Of a stretch of DNA of 64,000 nucleotides, positions 40,661-55,900 are shown one piece after another. Position 1 is the first letter of the stretch. Every line of letters begins with the position of its first letter. A program made the position numbers and the translations under genes. Source of the stretch: the human T2T-CHM13v2.0 reference genome, Homo sapiens; assembly GCF_009914755.1 (NCBI RefSeq), contig NC_060933.1; one strand, written 5' to 3'. The notes beneath the pieces were generated by a model. The model had not been told where the DNA came from and ran no database searches. It saw only the letters and a list, made by a program, of their open reading frames with translations.

Positions 40661-43509
40661 ATTCTATTCAACTCCCTTACTCTCCATTACATTCCATTCC
40701 ATTCGGGTTGTTCCATTCCATTCCATTCCATTCCGGAAGATTCCATTCCATTGCATTCCATTCCATTCCATTCCCCTGCACTCACGTTGATTCCATTCCA
40801 TTCCATTCCATTCCATTCCGTTCCGTTCCGTTCCATTCCATTCCATTCCATTTTATTCGGGTTAATTCCATTCCATTCCATTCGATTGCAATCGAGTCGA
40901 TTCCATTCGATTCCATTCCATTCCATTCCATTCCATTCCTTTCCTTTCCATTACGGATAATTCCATTCCATTGCATTCCATTCCTTTCCATTCCCCTGTA
41001 CTCGGGTTGCTTCCATTCCATTCCATTCCAATCCATGCCATTCCACTCGTGTTGATTCCATTCTTTCCATTCCATTCAAGTTGAATCCATTCCATTGCAT
41101 TCCATTCCATTCGATTCCATTAGATTGCACTCGGGTTGATTCCATTCCATTGCATTCCATTCCATTCCATTCCATTCCATTCCATTCCATTCCATTCCGT
41201 TCCATTCCATTCCATTACATTTGGATTGATTCCATTCAATTCCCTTACACTCCATTACATTCCATTCCATTCGGGTAGTTTCCATTCCATTCCATTCCAT
41301 TCCTCTCCATTCCATCGCACTCGGGTTGATTCCATTCCATTCCATTCCATTCCATTCCATTCCATTTCATTCCCCTGCACTCGCGTTGATTCCATTCCAT
41401 TCCATTCCATTCCATTCCACTCCATTCCATTCCGTTCCGTTCCGTTCCGTTCCATTCCATTCCATTCCATTCTATTCGGGTTAATTCCATTCCATTCCAT
41501 TCGATTGCAATCGAATTGATTCCATTCCATTCCATTCTATTCTATTCCATTCCATTCCATTCCATTCCATTCCTTTCCATTCTATTACGGATGATTCCAT
41601 TCCATTGCATTCCATTCCATTCCATTCCCCTGCAATCGGGTTGATTCCATTCCATTCCATTCCATTCCATTCCATTCCATTCCCTTCCGTTCCGTTCCGT
41701 TCCATTCCATTCCATTCCATTCTATTCGGGTTAATTCCATTCCATTCCATTCCATTCCATTCCAATCGAGTTGATTCCATTCCATTCCATTCCATTCCAT
41801 TCCACTCCATTCCAGTCCTTTCCATTCCATTCCACTCAGGTTGATTCCAATGTATTCCTTTCCATTCCATTCCATTCCATTGCAATCGAGTTGATTCCAT
41901 TGCTTTGCATTCCATTCCATTCCATTCCATTCCGGATGATTCCATTCCATTGCATTCCATTCCATTCCATTCCCCTGCACTCGGGTTGATTCCATTCCAT
42001 TCCACTCCATTCCGTTCCATTCCATTCCATTCCATTGTATTCGGGTTAATTCCATTCCATTCCATTCCATTCCATTCCTTTCCATTACAATCGAGTTCAT
42101 TCCATTCCATTCCATTCCATTCCATTCCATTCCAGTCCTTTCCATTCCATTCCACTCGGGTTGATTCCATTCTATTAGTTTCCATTCCATTCCATTCCCT
42201 TCCATTCCACTCTGGTTGATTCCATTCCTTTCCATTCCACTCGAATACATTCCTTCCTATTCCACTCGGAACGATTCCATTCCATTCCATTCCATTCCAT
42301 TCCATTCCATTCCATTCCATTCTTTTTCGTTCCATTCCATTCTATTCCGTATCATTCCATTCCATTCCATTCCATTCCATTCCATTCCATTCCATTCCAC
42401 TCGTGTTGATTCCATTCCTTTCCATTCCATTCGGTTTGAAGGCATTCCATTCCATTCCATTCCATTCCATTCCATTCCATTCCATTCCATTCCATTCCAT
42501 TGTACTCGGGTTGATTCCATTCCATTGCATTCCATTCCATTCCATTCCATTCCATTCCGTTGCATTCCATTCCTTTACATTCGGATTGATTCTATTCAAC
42601 TCCCTTACTCTCCATTACATTCAATTCCATTCGGGTTGTTCCATTCCATTCCATTCCATTCCACTCCATTCCATTGCACTCGGGTTGATTCCATTCCATT
42701 CCATTCCATTCCATTGAATTCCATTCCATTCCGGATGATTCCATTCCATTGCATTCCGTTCCATTACATTCCCCTGCACTCGCGTTTATTCCATTCCATT
42801 CCATTCAATTCCATTCCATTACAATTCGTTCCATTCCATTCTATTCCGTACCATTCTATTCCATTCCATACCATTCCATTCCATTCCATTCCATTCCATT
42901 CCGTTCCATTCCGTTCCATTGCATTCCATTCCATTCTATTCGGGTTAATTCCATTCCATTCCATTCCATTCCATTCTATTCCATTCCATTGCAATCGAGT
43001 TGAATGCATTGCATTTCATTCCATTCCATTCCATTCCATTCCATTCCATTCCATTCCGGAAGATTCCATTCCATTGCATTCCATTCCATTCGTTTCCCCT
43101 GCACTCGCGTTGATTCCATTGCATTCCATTCCATTCCATTCCATTCCATTCCATTCCATTCCGTTCCGTTCCATTCCATTCCATTCCATTCCATTCCATT
43201 CCATTCCATTCCGTTCCGTTCCATTCCATTCCATTCCATTCTATTCGGGTTAATTCCATTCCATTCCATTCGATTGCAATCGAGTTGATTCCATTCCATT
43301 CCATTCCATTCCATTCCATTCCATTCCATTCCTTTCCATTCCATTACGGATGATTCCATTCCATTGCATTCCATTCCATTCCATTCCCCTGTACTCGGGT
43401 TGATTCCACTCCATTCCATTCCAATCCATGCCTTTCCACTCGTGTTGATTCCATTCTTTCCATTCCATTCAAGTTGAATCCATTCCATTGTATTCCATTC
43501 CATTCGATT

Positions 43510-46500
43510 CCATTCGATTCCACTCGGGTTGATTCCATTCCTTTCCATTCCATTCGAGTTGAACCCATTCCATTCCATTCCATTCCATTCCATTTCGTTC
43601 TATTCCATTCTACTCCGTACCATTCCATTCCATTCCATTCCCTTCCATGCCATTTCACTCGGCTTTATTCCCTTCCTTTCCATTCCAATCGGGTTGAATC
43701 CATTCCATTCCATTCCATTTCTTTCGATTCCATTCCATTGAACTCGGGTTGATTCCATTCCATTCCATGCCATTCCATTTCATTCCATTCCATTCCATTC
43801 CATTCCATTGCGTTTCATTCCATTACATTACATTCGGATTGATTCTTTTTAATTCCCTTACACTCCATTACATTCCATTCCATTCGGGTACTTTCCATTC
43901 CATTCCATTCCATTCCACTGCATTCTATTGCACTCAGGTTGATTGATTCCATTCCATTGCATTCCATTCAATTCCATTCAATTCCGGATGATTCCATTCC
44001 ATTGCATTCCATTCCATTCCATTCCCCTGCACTCGGGTTGATCCCATTCCATTGCATTCCATTCCATTCCATTCCATTCCGTTCCATTCCATTCCATTCC
44101 ATTCCATTCTGTTCAGGTTAATTCCATTCCATTCCATTCCCTTCCATTCCATTCCATTCCATTCCATTCCATCCCATTGCATTCCATTCCATTCCATTCC
44201 CCTCCACTCAGATTGATTCCATTCCATCCCATTCCGTTCCATTCCATTCCATTCCATTCTATTCGCGTTAATTCCATTCCATTCCATTCCATTCCATTAC
44301 ATTCCATTGCAATCGAGTTGATTCCATTCCATTCCGTTCCATTCCATTCCATTCCATTCCATTTCCTTCCATTCCATTCTATTCCGTACCATTCCATTCC
44401 ATTCCATTCCATTCCATTCCATTCCATTCCATTCCATGCCATTCCACTCGGTTTGATTCTATTGCTTTCCTTTCCATTTGGGTTGAATCCAATCCATTCC
44501 ATTCCATTCCATTCCATTCCATTCCATTCCATTCCATTGCACTAGGTTTGATTCCATTCCACTGCATTCCATTCCATTCCATTCCGTTCCATTCCATTCA
44601 ATTACATTCGGATTGATTGTATTCAATTCCTTACACTCCATTACATTCCATTCCATTCGGGTTGTTTCCATTCCGTTCCATTCCATTCCATTCCATTCCA
44701 TTGCACTTAGGTTGATTCCATTCCATTCCATTCCATTCCATTCCATTTTATTCCATTTCGTTCCATTCCATTCTATTCCGTACCATTCCATTCCATTCCA
44801 TTCCATTCCATGCCATTCCACTCGGGTTTATTCCATTCCTTTCCATTCCATTCGGGTTGAATCCATTCCATTCAATTCCATTCTGTTCAGGTTAATTCCA
44901 TTCCATTCCTTTCCCTTCCATTCCATTCCATTCCATTCCATTGCAATCGAGTTGTTTCCATTGCATTGAATTCCATTACATTCCATTGCATTCCATTCCA
45001 TTCCATTCCCCTGCACTCACGTTGATTCCATTCGATTCCATTCCATTCCATTCCATTCCATTCCGTTCCATTCCATTCCACTCCATTCTATTCGCTTTAA
45101 TTGCAATCCATTCCATTCCATTGCATTCCATTGCAATCGAGTTGATTCCATTCCTTTCCGTTCCATTCCATTCCATTCCATTCCATTTCGTTCCATTCCA
45201 TTCTATTCCGTACCATTCCATTCCATTGCATTCCATTTCATTCCATTCCGTTCCATTCCATTCCATGCCATTCCACTCGCGTTGATTCCATTGCTTTCCA
45301 TTCCATTTGGGTTGAATCCATTCCATTCCATTCCATTCCATTCCATTCCATTCCATTCCATTGCACTAGGTTTGATTCCATTCCACTGCATTCCATTCCA
45401 TTCCACTCCATTCCGTTCCATTCCATTCCATTACATTCGGATTGATTTTATTCAATTCCCTTACACTCCATTTCATTCCATTCCATTCGGGTTGTTTCCA
45501 TACCATTCCATTCCATTGTATTCCATTTCGTTCCATTCTATTCTATTCGGTACCATTCCATTCCATTCCATTCCATTCCATTCCATGCCATTCCACTTGG
45601 GTTGATTCCCTTCCTTTCCATTCCATTCGGGTTGAATCCATTCCATTCCATTCCATTCCATTCCATTCCATTCCATTCCTTTCCATTCCATTGCACACGG
45701 GTTGATTCCATTCCATTCCTTTCTGTTCCATTCCGGATGACTCCATTCCATTGCATTCCATTCCATTCCATTCCCCCGCACTCGGGTTCATTACATTCCA
45801 TTCCATTTACTTCCATTCCATTCCATTCCATTCAATTCCATTCTATTCGGGTTAATTCCATTCCATTCCATTCCATTCCATTCCATTCCATTCCATTGCA
45901 ATCGAGATGATTCCATTCCATTCCATTCAATTCCATATGATTCCATTCCATTGCCTTCAATTCCATTCCATTCCCCTGCACTCGGGTTGATTCCATTCCA
46001 TTCCATTCCATTCCATTCCATTCCATTCCATTCCATTTCATTCCATTCCATTTCGTTCCATTCCATTCTATTCCGTTCCATTCCATTCAATTCCATTCCA
46101 TTCCCTTCCATTCCATTCCATTCCATTCCTTTCCATTCTATTCGGGTTAATTCCATTCCATTCCATTCCATTCCATTCCATTCCATTCAATTCCATTACA
46201 TTCGGATTGATTCTTTTTAATTCCCTTACACTCCATTACATTCTATTCCATTCGGGTAGTTTCCATACCATTCCATTACATTCCACTTCATTCTATTGCA
46301 CTCGGGTTGATTGATTCCATTCCATTGCATTCCATTCCATTCCATTCCATTCCATTCCGGATGATTCCATTCCATTGCATTCCATTGCATTCCATTCCCC
46401 TGTACTCGGGTTGATCCCATTCCATTCCATTCCATTCCATTCCATTCCGTTCCGTTCCATTCCATTCCCTTCCATTCTGTTCAGGTTAATTCCATTCCCT

Positions 46501-49500
46501 TCCATTCCCTTCCATTCCATTCCATTCCATTCCATTCCATTCCATGCCATTCCACTCGGGTTGATTCCATTCCTTTCCATTCCATTCGAGTTGAACCCAT
46601 TCCATTCCATTCCATTCCATTCCATTCCACTCGGGTTGATTCCATTCCTTTCCATTCCATTCGGGTTGAAACCATTCCATTCCATTCCATTCCTTTCGAT
46701 TCCATTCCATTTCACTCGGGTTGATCCCATTCCATTGCATTCCATTCCATTCCATTGCATTCCATTCCGTTCCATTCCATTCCATTACATTCGTATTGAT
46801 TCTATTCAATTGCCTTACTCTCCATTACATTCCATTCCATTCGGGTTGTTTCCATTCCTTTCCATTCCATTCCACTCCATTCCATTGCAATCGGGTTGAT
46901 TCCATTCCATTCCATTGCATTCCATTCCATTCCATTCCATTCCGTATGATTCCATTCCATTGCATTCCATTCCATTCCATTCCCCTGCACTCGGGTGGAT
47001 TCCATTCTATTCCATTCCATTCCATTCCATTCCATTCCATTCCATTCCATTCCATTCCATTCCGTTCCATTCTATTCGGGTTAATTTTATTCCATTCCAT
47101 TCCATTCCCTTCCATTGCATTGCATTCCATTCCATTCCATTCCATTGAAATCGAGTTGATTCCATTCCATTCCATTCCATTCCATTCCATTCCATTCCAT
47201 TCCGGATGATTCCATTCCATTGCCTTTCATTCCATTCCATTATCATGCACTCGGGTAGTTTCCATTCCATTCCATTCCATTCCATTCCTTTCCATTCTAT
47301 TTCATTCCATTCGATTCTAATCCGTACCATTCCATTCCATTCCATTCCATGCCATTCCATTCCATTCCAGTCCATGCCATTCCACTCGGGTTGATTTCAT
47401 TCCTTTGCATTCCATTCGAGTTGTATCCTTTCCATGCCATTCCATTCCATTCGATTCCATTCCATTGCACACGGGTTCATTCCATTCCATTCCATTCCAT
47501 TCCATTTCGTTCTTTTCCATTCTATTCCGTACCATTCCATTCCATTCCATTCCATTCCATGCCATTCCACTCGGGTTTATTCCATTCCTTTCCATTCCAT
47601 TCGGGTTCAATCCATTCCATTCCCTTCCATTCCATTCGATTCCATTCCATTGCACTCGGGTTGATTCCATTCCATTCCATGCCATTCCATTTCATTCCAT
47701 TCCATTCCATTCCATTCCATTCTATTCCGTTCCATTCCATTCAATTACATTCGTATTGATTCTTTTTAATTCCCTTACACTCCATTACATTCCATTCCAT
47801 TCGGGTACTTTCCATTCCATTCCATTCCATTCCACTGCATTCTATTGCACTCGGGTTGATTGATTCCATTCCATTGCATTCCATTCCATTCCATTCCCCT
47901 GAACTCGGGTGGATTCCATTCCATTCCATTCCGTTCCATTCCATTCCATTCCATTCTGTTCAGGTTAATTCCATTCCATTCCATTCCCTTCCATTCCATT
48001 CCATTCTATTCCATTCCATTCCATTCCATTCCCCTGCACTCAGTTTGATTCCATTCCATTCCATTCCATTCCATTCCGTTCCATTCCATTCCAATCCATT
48101 CTATTCGCATTAATTCCATTCCATTCCATTCCATTACATTCCATTGCAATCGAGTTGATTCCATTCCATTCCATTCCATTCCATTCAAGTCCTTTCCATT
48201 CCATTCCACTCGTGTTGATTCCATTTTATTAGTTTCCATTCCATTCCATTCCCTTCCATTCCACTCTGGTTGATTCCATTCCTTTCCATTCTACTCAATT
48301 GCATTCCCTTCTATTCCACTCGGATTGATTCCATTCCATTCCGTTCCATTCCATTCCATTTCGTTCCATTCCATTCTATTCCATTCCATTCCATTCCATT
48401 CCATTCCATTCCATTCCGTTCCATTCCATTCCATTCCATTCCATTTCTTTCCATTCCATTCTATTCCATACCATTCCATTCCATTCCGTTCCATGCCATT
48501 CCACTCGGGTTGATTCCATTGCTTTCCATTCCATTTGGGTTGAATCCATTCCATTCCATTCCATTCCATTCCATTCCATTCCATTCCATTCCATTGCATT
48601 CCATTCCATTGCACTAGGTTTGATTCCATTCCACTGCATTCCATTCCATTCCATTCCATTCCATTCCGTTCCATTCCATTCCATTACATTCGTATTGATT
48701 GTATTCAATTCCCTTACACTCCATTATATTCCATTCCATTCGGGTTGTTTCCATTCCATTCCATTCCATTCCACTCCATTCCATTGCAGTCGGGTTGATT
48801 CCATTCCATTCCATTCCATTCCCTTCCATTCCATTTCGTTCCATTCCATTCTATTCCATACCATTCCATTCCATTCCATTCCATTCCATTCCATTCCATT
48901 CCATTCCATGGCATTCCACTCGGGTTGATTCCTTTCCATTCCATTCCATTCGGGTTGAAACCATTCCATTCCATTCCATTCCATTCCATTCCATTCCATT
49001 CAATTCCGGATGATTGCATTCCATTGCCTTCCATTCAATTGCATTCCCCTGCACCCGGGTTGATTCCATTCAATTCCATTCCATTCCATTCCGTTCCATT
49101 CCATTCCATACCATTCCATTCCATTCCATTCCATTCTATTCGGGTTAATTCCATTCCATTCCATTCCATTCCATTCAATTTCATTGCAATCGGGTTGATT
49201 CCATTCCGTTCCATTCCATTGCATTCCATTCCATTCCATTCCATTCCATTCCATTCCATTCCACTCGGGTTGATTCCATTCCTTTCCATTCCATTCGGGG
49301 TGAAGCCTTTCCATTCCATTCCATTCCTTTCGATTCCATTCCATTGCACTCGGGTTGATCCCATTCCATTGCATTCCATTCCATTCCATTCCATTCCATT
49401 CCATTCCATTCCGTTCCATTCAATTCCATTACATTCGGATTGTTTCTATTCAATTCCCTTACAATCCATCACATTCCATTCCATTCGGGTTGTTTCCATT

Positions 49501-52500
49501 CCATTCCATTCCATTCCATTCAGTATGATTCCATTCCATTGCATTCTATTCCATTCCATTCCCCTGCACTCGGGTGGATTCCATTCTATTCCATTCCATT
49601 CCATTCCATTCCATTCCATTCCATTCCATTCCATTGAAATCTAGTTGTTTCCATTCCATTCCATTCCATTCAATTCCATTCCATTCCTTTCTATTCGGGT
49701 TAATTCCATTCCCTTCCATTCCATTCCCTTCCATTCCATTCCATTCCATTCCTTTTCATTCCGTTCCATTCCATTCTATTAGGGTTAATTCCATTCCATT
49801 CCATTCCATTCCATTCCATTCCATTGCAAAAGAGTTGATTCCATTCCATTCCATTCCACTCCATTCCATTCAATTCCATTTAACTCGGGTTGATTCCATT
49901 CCATTCCATGCCATTCCATTTCATTCCAATCCATTGCCTTCCATTCCATTCCATTCCTCTGCATTCGGGTTGATTCCATTCCATTCCATTCCATTCCATT
50001 GCATTCCATTCCATTCAGGATGATTCCATTCCATTGCATTCCATTCCATTCCATTCCCCTGCACTCGTGTTGATTCCATTCCTTTCCATTCCATTCCATT
50101 CCGTTCCATTCCATTCCATTACATTCGTACTGATTGTACTCAATTCCCTTACACTCCATTACATTCCATTCCATTCGGGCTGTTTCCATTCCATTACATT
50201 CCATTCCACTCCATTCCATTGCAGTCAGGTTGATTCCATTCCATTCCATTCCATTCCATTCCATTCCATTCCATTCCATTCCATTTCGTTCCATTCCTTT
50301 CTATTCCGTAACATTCCATTCCATTCCATTCCATTCCATTCCATGCCATTCCACTCGGGATGATTCCATTCCTTTCCATTCCATTCGGGTTGAATCCATT
50401 CCATTCCATTCCATTCCATTCCTTTCCGTATGATTCCATTCCATTGCATTCCATTCCATTCCATTCCCCTGCACTCGGATGGATTCCATTCTATTCCATT
50501 CCATTCCATTCCATTCCATTCCATTCCATTCCATGCCATTCCATTCCATTCTATTCGGGATAATTTCATTCCATTACATTCCATTCCCTTTCATTCCATT
50601 CCATTCCTTTCCATTCCATTCCATTGAAATCGAGTTGATTCCATTCCATTCCATTCCATTCCATTCCACTCCATTCCAATCCATTCCATTCTATTCGGGT
50701 TAATTCCATTCCATTCCATTCCATTCCATTCCATTCCATTAGGGTTAATTCCATTCCATTCCATTCCATTCCATTCCATTCCATTCCATTCCATTCCATT
50801 CCATTTCAATCGAGTTCATTCCATTCCATTCCATTCCATTCCATTCAATTCCTGATGATTCCCTTCCATTGCCTTCCATTCCATTCCATTCCCCTGCACT
50901 CGGGTTGATTCCATTCCATTCCATTCCATTCCTTTCCATTCCATTCCATTCCATTCCATTTCGTTCCATTCCATTCTATTCCGTACCATTCCATTCCATT
51001 CCATTCAATTCCATTCCATTCCATTCCATTCCATTCCATTCCATTCCATGCCATTCCACTCGGGTTGATTCCTTTCCTTTCCATTCCATTCGAGTTGAAC
51101 CCATTCCATTCCATTCCATTCGAGTTGAACCCATTCCATTCCATTCCATTCCATTCCATTCCATTTCGTTCCATTCCATTCTCTTCCGTAGTATTCCATT
51201 CCATTCCATTCCACTCCATTCCTTGCCATTCCACTCGGGTTTATTCCATTCCTTTCCATTCCATTCGGGTTGAATTCATTCCATTACATTCCATTCCATT
51301 CCATTCAATTCCATTACATTGCACTCGGGTTGATTCCATTCCATTCCATTCCATTTCAATCCATTCCCTTCCATTCCATTTCATTCCATTCCATTCCATT
51401 CCATTCCATGCCATTCCACTCGGGTTGATTCCATTCCTTTCCATTCCATTCTAGTTGACCCCATTCCATTCCATTCCATTCCATTCCATTGCACACGGGT
51501 TCATTCCATTCCATTCCATTCCATTCCATTCCATTCCATTCCATTTCGTTCCATTCCATTCTATTCCTTACCATTCCATTCCATTCCATTGCCTTCCATG
51601 CCATTTCACTCGGGTTTATTCCATTCCTTTCCATTCCATTCGGGTTGAATTCATTCCATTCCATTCCATTCCATTCGATTCCAATCCATTGAACTCGGGT
51701 TGATTCCATTCCATTCCATGCTATTCCATTTCATTCCATTCCATTCCATTCCATTCCATTCCATTCCATTCCGTTCCATTCCATTCCATTAGATTCGGAT
51801 TGATTCTTTTTAATTCCCTTACGCTCCATTACATTCCATTCCATTCAGGTACTTTCCATTCCATTCCATTCCATTCCCCTGCATTCTATTGCACTCGGGT
51901 TGATTGATTCCATTCCATTGCATTCCATTCCATTCCATTCCCCTGCACTCGGGTTGATCCCATTGCATTGCATTCCATTCCATTCCATTCCATTCCATTC
52001 CATTCCATTCCGTTCCATTCCATTCCATTCCATTCTGTTCAGGTTAATTCCATTCCATTCCATTCCCTTCCATTCCGTTCCATTCCATTCCATTCCATTC
52101 TGTTCAGGTTAATTCCATTCCATTCCATTCCATTCCATTCCATTCCATTCCATTCCATCCCATTGCAATCTAGTTGATTCCATTGCATTCCATTCCATTC
52201 CATTCCATTCCATTCTATTGCATTCCATTCCATTCCATTCCCCTGCACTCAGATTGATCCCATTCCATCCCATTCCATTCCATTCCGTTCCATTACATTC
52301 CATTCCATTCTATTCGCGTTAATTCCATTCCATTCCATTCCATTACATTCCATTGGAATCGAGTTGATTCCATTCCATTCCGTTCCATTCCATTCCATTC
52401 CATTCCATTTCGTTCCATTCCATTTTATTCTGTACCATTCCATTCCATTCCATTCCATTGCAATCCAGTTGATTCCATTCCATTCCGTTCCATTCCATTC

Positions 52501-52970
52501 CATTCCATTCCATTTCGTTCCATTCCATTTTATTCTGTACCATTCCATTCCATTCCATTCCATTCCATTCCATTCCATGCCATTCCACTCGGGTTGATTC
52601 CATTGCTTTCCATTCCATTTGGGTTGAATCCACTCCATTCCATTCCATTCCATTCCATTCCATTCCATTCCATTCCATTCCATTGCACTAGGTTTGATTC
52701 CATTCCACTGCATTCCATTCCATTCCATTCCGTTCCATTCCATTCCATTACATTCGGATTGATTGTATTCAATTCCCTTACACTGCATTACATTCCATTC
52801 CATTCGGGTTGTTTCCATTCCATTACATTCCATTCCACTCCATTCCTTTGCACTCAGGTTGATTCCATTCCATTCCATTCCATTCCATTCCATTTCGTTC
52901 CATTCCATTCTATTCCGTACCATTCCATTCCATTCCATTCAATTCCATGCCATTCCATTCCATGCCATTC
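43510..52970 (-). repeat. Diverged HSat3 sub-domain with degenerate ~4.07-kb periodicity
   Basis: Characteristic landmarks (CTGTTCAGGTTAA, GGTTGATTGATTCC, GAGTTGAACCC, GGTACTTTCC, ACTAGGTTTG); ACTAGGTTTG at 44541, 48613 and 52687 (spacing 4072, 4074), plus a local copy at 45365. Confidence 0.75.
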
Positions 52971-55900
52971 CATTGCACTCGGGTTGATTCCATTCCATTC
53001 CATTCCATTCCATTCCATTCCATTCCATTCCGGAAGATTCCATTCCGTTGCATTCCATTCCATTCCATTCCCCTGCACTCGCGTTGATTCCATTCCATTG
53101 CATTCCAATCCATTCCATTCCATTCCATTCCATTCCTTTCCGTTCCATTCCATTCCATTCCATTCCATTCCAATCCATTCCATTCCGTTCCGTTCCGTTC
53201 CATTCCATTCCATTCCATTCTATTCGGGTTAATTCCATTCCATTCCATTCGATTGCAATCGAGTTGATTCCATTCCATTTCATTCCATTCCATTCCATTC
53301 CATTCCATTCCTTTCCATTCCATTACGGATGATTCCATTCCATTGCATTCCATTCCATTCCATTCCCCTGTACTCGGGTTGATTCCATTCCATTCCATTC
53401 CAATCCATGCCATTCCACTCGTGTTGATTCCATTCTTTCCATTCCATTCAAGTTGAATCCATTCCATTGCATTCCATTCCATTCCATTCCCCTGCAGTCG
53501 GGTTGTTTCCATTCCATTCCATTCCATTCCATTCCATTCCATTCCATTCCGTTCCGTTCCTTTGCATTCCATTCCATTCCATTCTATTCGGGTTAATTCC
53601 ATTCCATTCCATTCCATTCCATTCCAATCGAGTTGATTCCATTCCATTCCATTCCATTCCATTCCACTCCATTCCAGTGCTTTCCATTCCATTCCACTCG
53701 GGTTGATTCCAATGTATTCCTTTCCATTCCATTTCATTCCATTGCAATCGAGTTGATTCCATTGTTTGCATTCCATTCCATTCCATTCCATTCCGGATGA
53801 TTCCATTCCATTGCATTCCATTCCATTCCATTCCCCTGCACTTCGGTTTATTCCATTCCATTCCACTCCATTCCGTTCCATTCCATTCCATTGCATTGTA
53901 TTCGGGTTAATTCCATTCCATTCCATTCCATTCCATTCCATTCCATTACAATCGAGTTGATTCCATTCCTTTCCATTCCATTCCAGTGCTTTCCATTCCA
54001 TTCCTCTCGGGTTGATTCCATTCTATTAGTTTCCATTCCATTCCATTCCCTTCCATTCCACTCTGGTTGATTCCATTCCTTTCCATTGCACTCGAATACA
54101 TTCCCTCCGATTCCACTCGGAACGATTCCATTCCATTCCATTCCATTCCATTCCATTCCATTACATTCCATTCCATTCCATTGTACTCGGGTTGATTCAA
54201 TTCCATTGCATTCCTTTCCATTCCATTCCATTCCATTCCATTCCGTTGCATTCCATTCCATTACATTCGGATTGATTCTATTCAACTCCCTTACTCTCTA
54301 TTACATTCCATTCCATTAGGGTTGTTCCATTCCATTCCATTCCATTGCATTTCGTTCCATTCCATTCTATTCCGTATCATTCCATTCCATTCCATTCCAT
54401 TCCATTCCACTCGTGTTGATTCCATTCCTTTCCATTCCATTCGGTTTGAAGGCATTCCATTCCATTCCATTCCATTCCATTCCATTGTACTCGGGTTGAT
54501 TGCATTCCATTTCATTCCATTCCATTCCATTCAATTCCATTCCGTTGCATTCCATTCCATTACATTCGGATTGATTCTATTCAACTCCCTTACTCTCCAT
54601 TACATTCCATTCAATTCGGGTTGTTCCATTCCATTCCATTCCATTCCACTCCATTCCATTGCACTCGGGTTGATTCCATTCCATTCCATTCCATTCCATT
54701 CCATTCCATTCCATTCCGGATGATTCCATTCCATTGCATTCCGTTCCATTACATTCCCCTGCACTCGCGATGATTCCATTCCATTCCATTCAATTCCATT
54801 CCATTACAATTCGTTACATTCCATTCTATTCCGTACCATTCCATTCCATTCCATACCATTCCATTCCATTCCATTCCATTCCATTCCATTCCATTCCGTT
54901 CCATTCAGTTCCATTGCATTCCATTCCATTCTATTCGGGTTAATTCCATTCCATTCCATTCCATTCCATTCCATTCCATTACATTCGGATTGATTCTATT
55001 CAATTCCCTTACACTCCATTACATTCCATTCCATTCGGGTAGTTTCCATTCCATTCCATTCCATTCCTCTCCATTCCATTGTACTCGGGTTGATTCCATT
55101 CCATTGCATTCCATTCCATTCCATTCAATTCCATTCCGTTCCATTCCATTCCATTACATTCGGATTGATTCTATTCAACTCCCTTACTCTCCATTACATT
55201 CCTTTCCATTCGGGTTGTTCCAATCCATTCCATTCCATTCCACTCCATTCCATTGCACTTGGGTTGATTCCATTCCATTCCATTCCATTCCATTCCATTC
55301 CATTCCGGAAGATTCCATTCCATTGCATTCCATTCCATTCCATTCCCCTGCACTCGCGTTGATTCCATTCCATTCCATTCTATTCCATTGCATTCCCTTC
55401 CTTTCCGTTCCATTCCATTCCATTGCATTCCATTCTGTTCCGTTCCATTCCATTCCATTCCATTCTATTCGGGTTAATTCCGTTCCATTCCATTCGATTG
55501 CAATCGAGTTGATTCCATTCCATTCCATTCCATTCCATTCCATTCCATTCCATTCCATTCCTTTCCATTCCCTTACGGATGACTCCATTCCACTGCATTC
55601 CGTTCCATTACATTCCCCTGCACTCGGGTTCATTCCATTGCATTCCATTCCATTCCATTCGATTCCATTCCATTCCAATTCTTTCCATTCCATTCTATTC
55701 CGTAACATTCCATTCCATTCCATTCCTTTCCATTCCCTTACGGATGACTCCATTCCATTGCATTCCATTCCATTCCATTCCCCTGCACTCGGGTTGATTC
55801 CATTCCATTCCATTCCATTACATTCCGTTCCATTCCATTCCATTCCATTCGGATTGATTCTATTCAATTCCCTTACACTCCATTACATTCCATTCCATTC

